NCBI GenBank assembly: GCA_050740915.1
Contig: JBOIEG010000118.1
Coordinates: 1-33,152, forward strand
Origin: Gammaproteobacteria bacterium
Lineage (GTDB): Bacteria; Pseudomonadota; Gammaproteobacteria; JBOHHR01
DNA: 33,152 bases
Direction: 5' to 3'
Translations under genes and position numbers: made by a program
The notes under the pieces: generated by a model
Databases searched by the model: none
What the model was told of the DNA's origin: nothing
The model's input: only the letters and a program-made list of their open reading frames with translations
Shown: positions 31,873 to 33,152 of the stretch, piece after piece
How positions within the stretch are numbered: position 1 is the first letter of the stretch
Layout of the letters: every line of letters begins with the position of its first letter

Positions 31873-32831
31873 GAGCGTGTTTGAAAAATCGACAGAGGGC
31901 TTTCGGACCAGGTTTTCTGATGAGTAGGTGCCGTGGCGCCGTAACCTGCGGCACCCCGTAGCATGCACGGGCCTGTTGGCGGATGATGCTTTTTTTATTC
32001 CTCTGAGGGCGCTCACGTGAATTCGGACTACCCTTGTGATCTAACCGAGAGCGAATGGTGCCTATTGCAGCCGCTGCTTCCGCCCTCTGCGCTTCGAGGC
32101 CGGCCGCGCCGCTGGTCACTGCGCCATGTCGTCAACGCTATCTTCTACCTCCTGCGGGCGGGCTGCGCCTGGCGCCTAGTGCCGCATGATTATCCGCCCT
32201 GGCCCACCGTCTATCATTATTTATTTCCGCGAATGGCAACGCACCGGGCAGTGGCACTGTATTCATGAAGCCCTGCGCAAAGCCGTCCGACAAAAGGCTC
32301 ATCGCGACCCTTATCCCTCGGCAGCGATCATCGACAGCCAGAGTGTGAAGACCACCCAAGAGTCGGGTACGATTAAAGGATATAATGCGGGCAAAAAGGT
32401 CAAAGGCCACAAACGCCACGTGCTGGTTGATACCCCGGGGCTGCTGTTGGGGATCTCCATCACACCGGCCGACGTCCCAGAGCGAGCCGGTGGAAAGTGG
32501 CTCATCTCGGGGCTCAAGCCGCTTCAGCCGCGCCTCGCGTTGATTTGTGGCGATGAGGGTTATTCGGGGGAGGAGTTCACTCAGTGGTACAGCGCGGAGA
32601 GGGGCTGGCGGCTGGAGATCATCAAGCGCAACGACAGTGCCGAAGGCTTCGTCGTGCTATCCTGGCGTTGGATAGTCGAGCGCATGATTGCCTGGATGGA
32701 TCGCTTCCGCCGGCTCTGCAAAGACTACGAGCGCAAGGTGCAGACCAGCGAATACCTGATCGAGGCTGCTATGATCCGTCTGATGTTGAGGCGCCTGACC
32801 AGATAGAGGCTGCGATTTTTCAAACACGCTC
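31873..32831 (+). mobile_element. intact IS5-family insertion sequence (IS427/IS1031-like group)
   Basis: Perfect 19-bp terminal inverted repeats: GAGCGTGTTTGAAAAATCG (31873-31891) and its reverse complement (32813-32831). A direct TAA flanks each end (31870-31872 and 32832-34). The duplication could be read as up to CTAAG, depending on where the repeat ends. Length is about 959 bp. Confidence 0.85.
32017..32806 (+). CDS. IS5-family transposase, two overlapping frames (orfA 32017-32268, orfB 32186-32806), likely joined by a -1 frameshift
   Basis: orfA has [48 protein letters not shown] (DUF4096-type N-terminus). orfB has [18 protein letters not shown]...IDSQSVKTT...[17 protein letters not shown] (DDE). 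The conserved TVYHY-YFREW junction sits at TATTTATTTC (about 32216-32226). Confidence 0.8.
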
Positions 32832-33152
32832 TAAGGAGGTCTACGCAGTCAGAGACCAGGACGGCGACCATAGAGCAGAGCGCGTCTTTACGATTGCACG
32901 CGGACTGAAGCGCCTCGTTCCGGCGACAGAGAGCGTACTAAAATCTATTTGCTAGCCTTGAAGATATGGCGCAAAGATTATTGCGCGGGGGGCCGTTACG
33001 TATTGACTATTGACACTCAATGGGTACACTAGGAGCCTGTCGGACTTAGGTTGAACACCAAAGCCATAACGTGCGTGTTGAACGCCAAAATCGAGGTTCG
33101 GGTGGTCATCAAGGCGATCGACTCCGTGAGTTGATGATGGACAGACTCTTCT

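Larger units (their letters stand above)
31658..32955 (+). pseudogene. PQQ-dependent sugar dehydrogenase-like gene fragment interrupted by an IS
   Basis: Upstream of the IS: LPLGFHIAVFARVPQARTMALSPSGTLYVGTGSK. Downstream: EVYAVRDQDGDHRAERVFTIARGL. Removing 31873-32834 rejoins the two parts in frame (..GTGSKEVYAVRDQDGD..), a pattern typical of soluble glucose/sorbosone dehydrogenases. The ORF stops early at 32955, so it is only a remnant. Confidence 0.55.

Noticed and set aside
33031-33152. Open minus-strand frame entering from the right window edge (..ESVHHQLTESIALMTTRTSILAFNTHVMALVFNLSPTGS, stop near 33031).
   Set aside because: Only about 40 codons are visible and there is no diagnostic motif, so I cannot tell a gene end from a chance open frame.

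Overview
This 33.2-kb window reads as a mosaic plasmid or mobilisable-element segment, not core chromosome. All functional calls come from reading motifs by eye, because no database search was possible. No rRNA, tRNA or CRISPR array was seen.

Backbone modules:
- A Rep-like winged-helix protein followed by four TAAGTGTCGG iterons on a ~22-bp phase (11698-12734).
- Two divergent ParA-type partition cassettes (13858-15997), with a CGAACG repeat array just downstream.
- Three type II toxin-antitoxin pairs: PIN/AbrB at 1-648, ParDE at 13090-13703, and RelB/DinJ-RelE-like at 27454-28021.
- A MOB operon (17097-20025): accessory protein, relaxase with an HDxxxPHxH motif, and a VirD4/TraG coupling protein.
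- A Replic_Relax-like protein, an XRE regulator, two paralogous AT-hook proteins, and a second FtsK/HerA/TraD-like ATPase.

Cargo:
1. 5742-9856: a radical-SAM (SplB-like) / SprT-metalloprotease fusion, then a Ubl-E2 fusion, then a JAB-E1 fusion. This is a compact bacterial ubiquitin-like conjugation cassette and my top candidate for the undescribed system.
2. About 21.9-29.1 kb: a visibly AT-rich island carrying a vWA / PP2C phosphatase / Ser-Thr kinase triad (TerY-P-like), a Hin-like serine recombinase, and hix-like sites around a TA cassette.
3. 29.2-33 kb: a GC-rich IS graveyard. It holds a frameshifted IS30 transposase, a degraded IS1182-like remnant, and an intact IS5-family element with perfect inverted repeats and a TAA duplication that splits a PQQ sugar-dehydrogenase-like gene.
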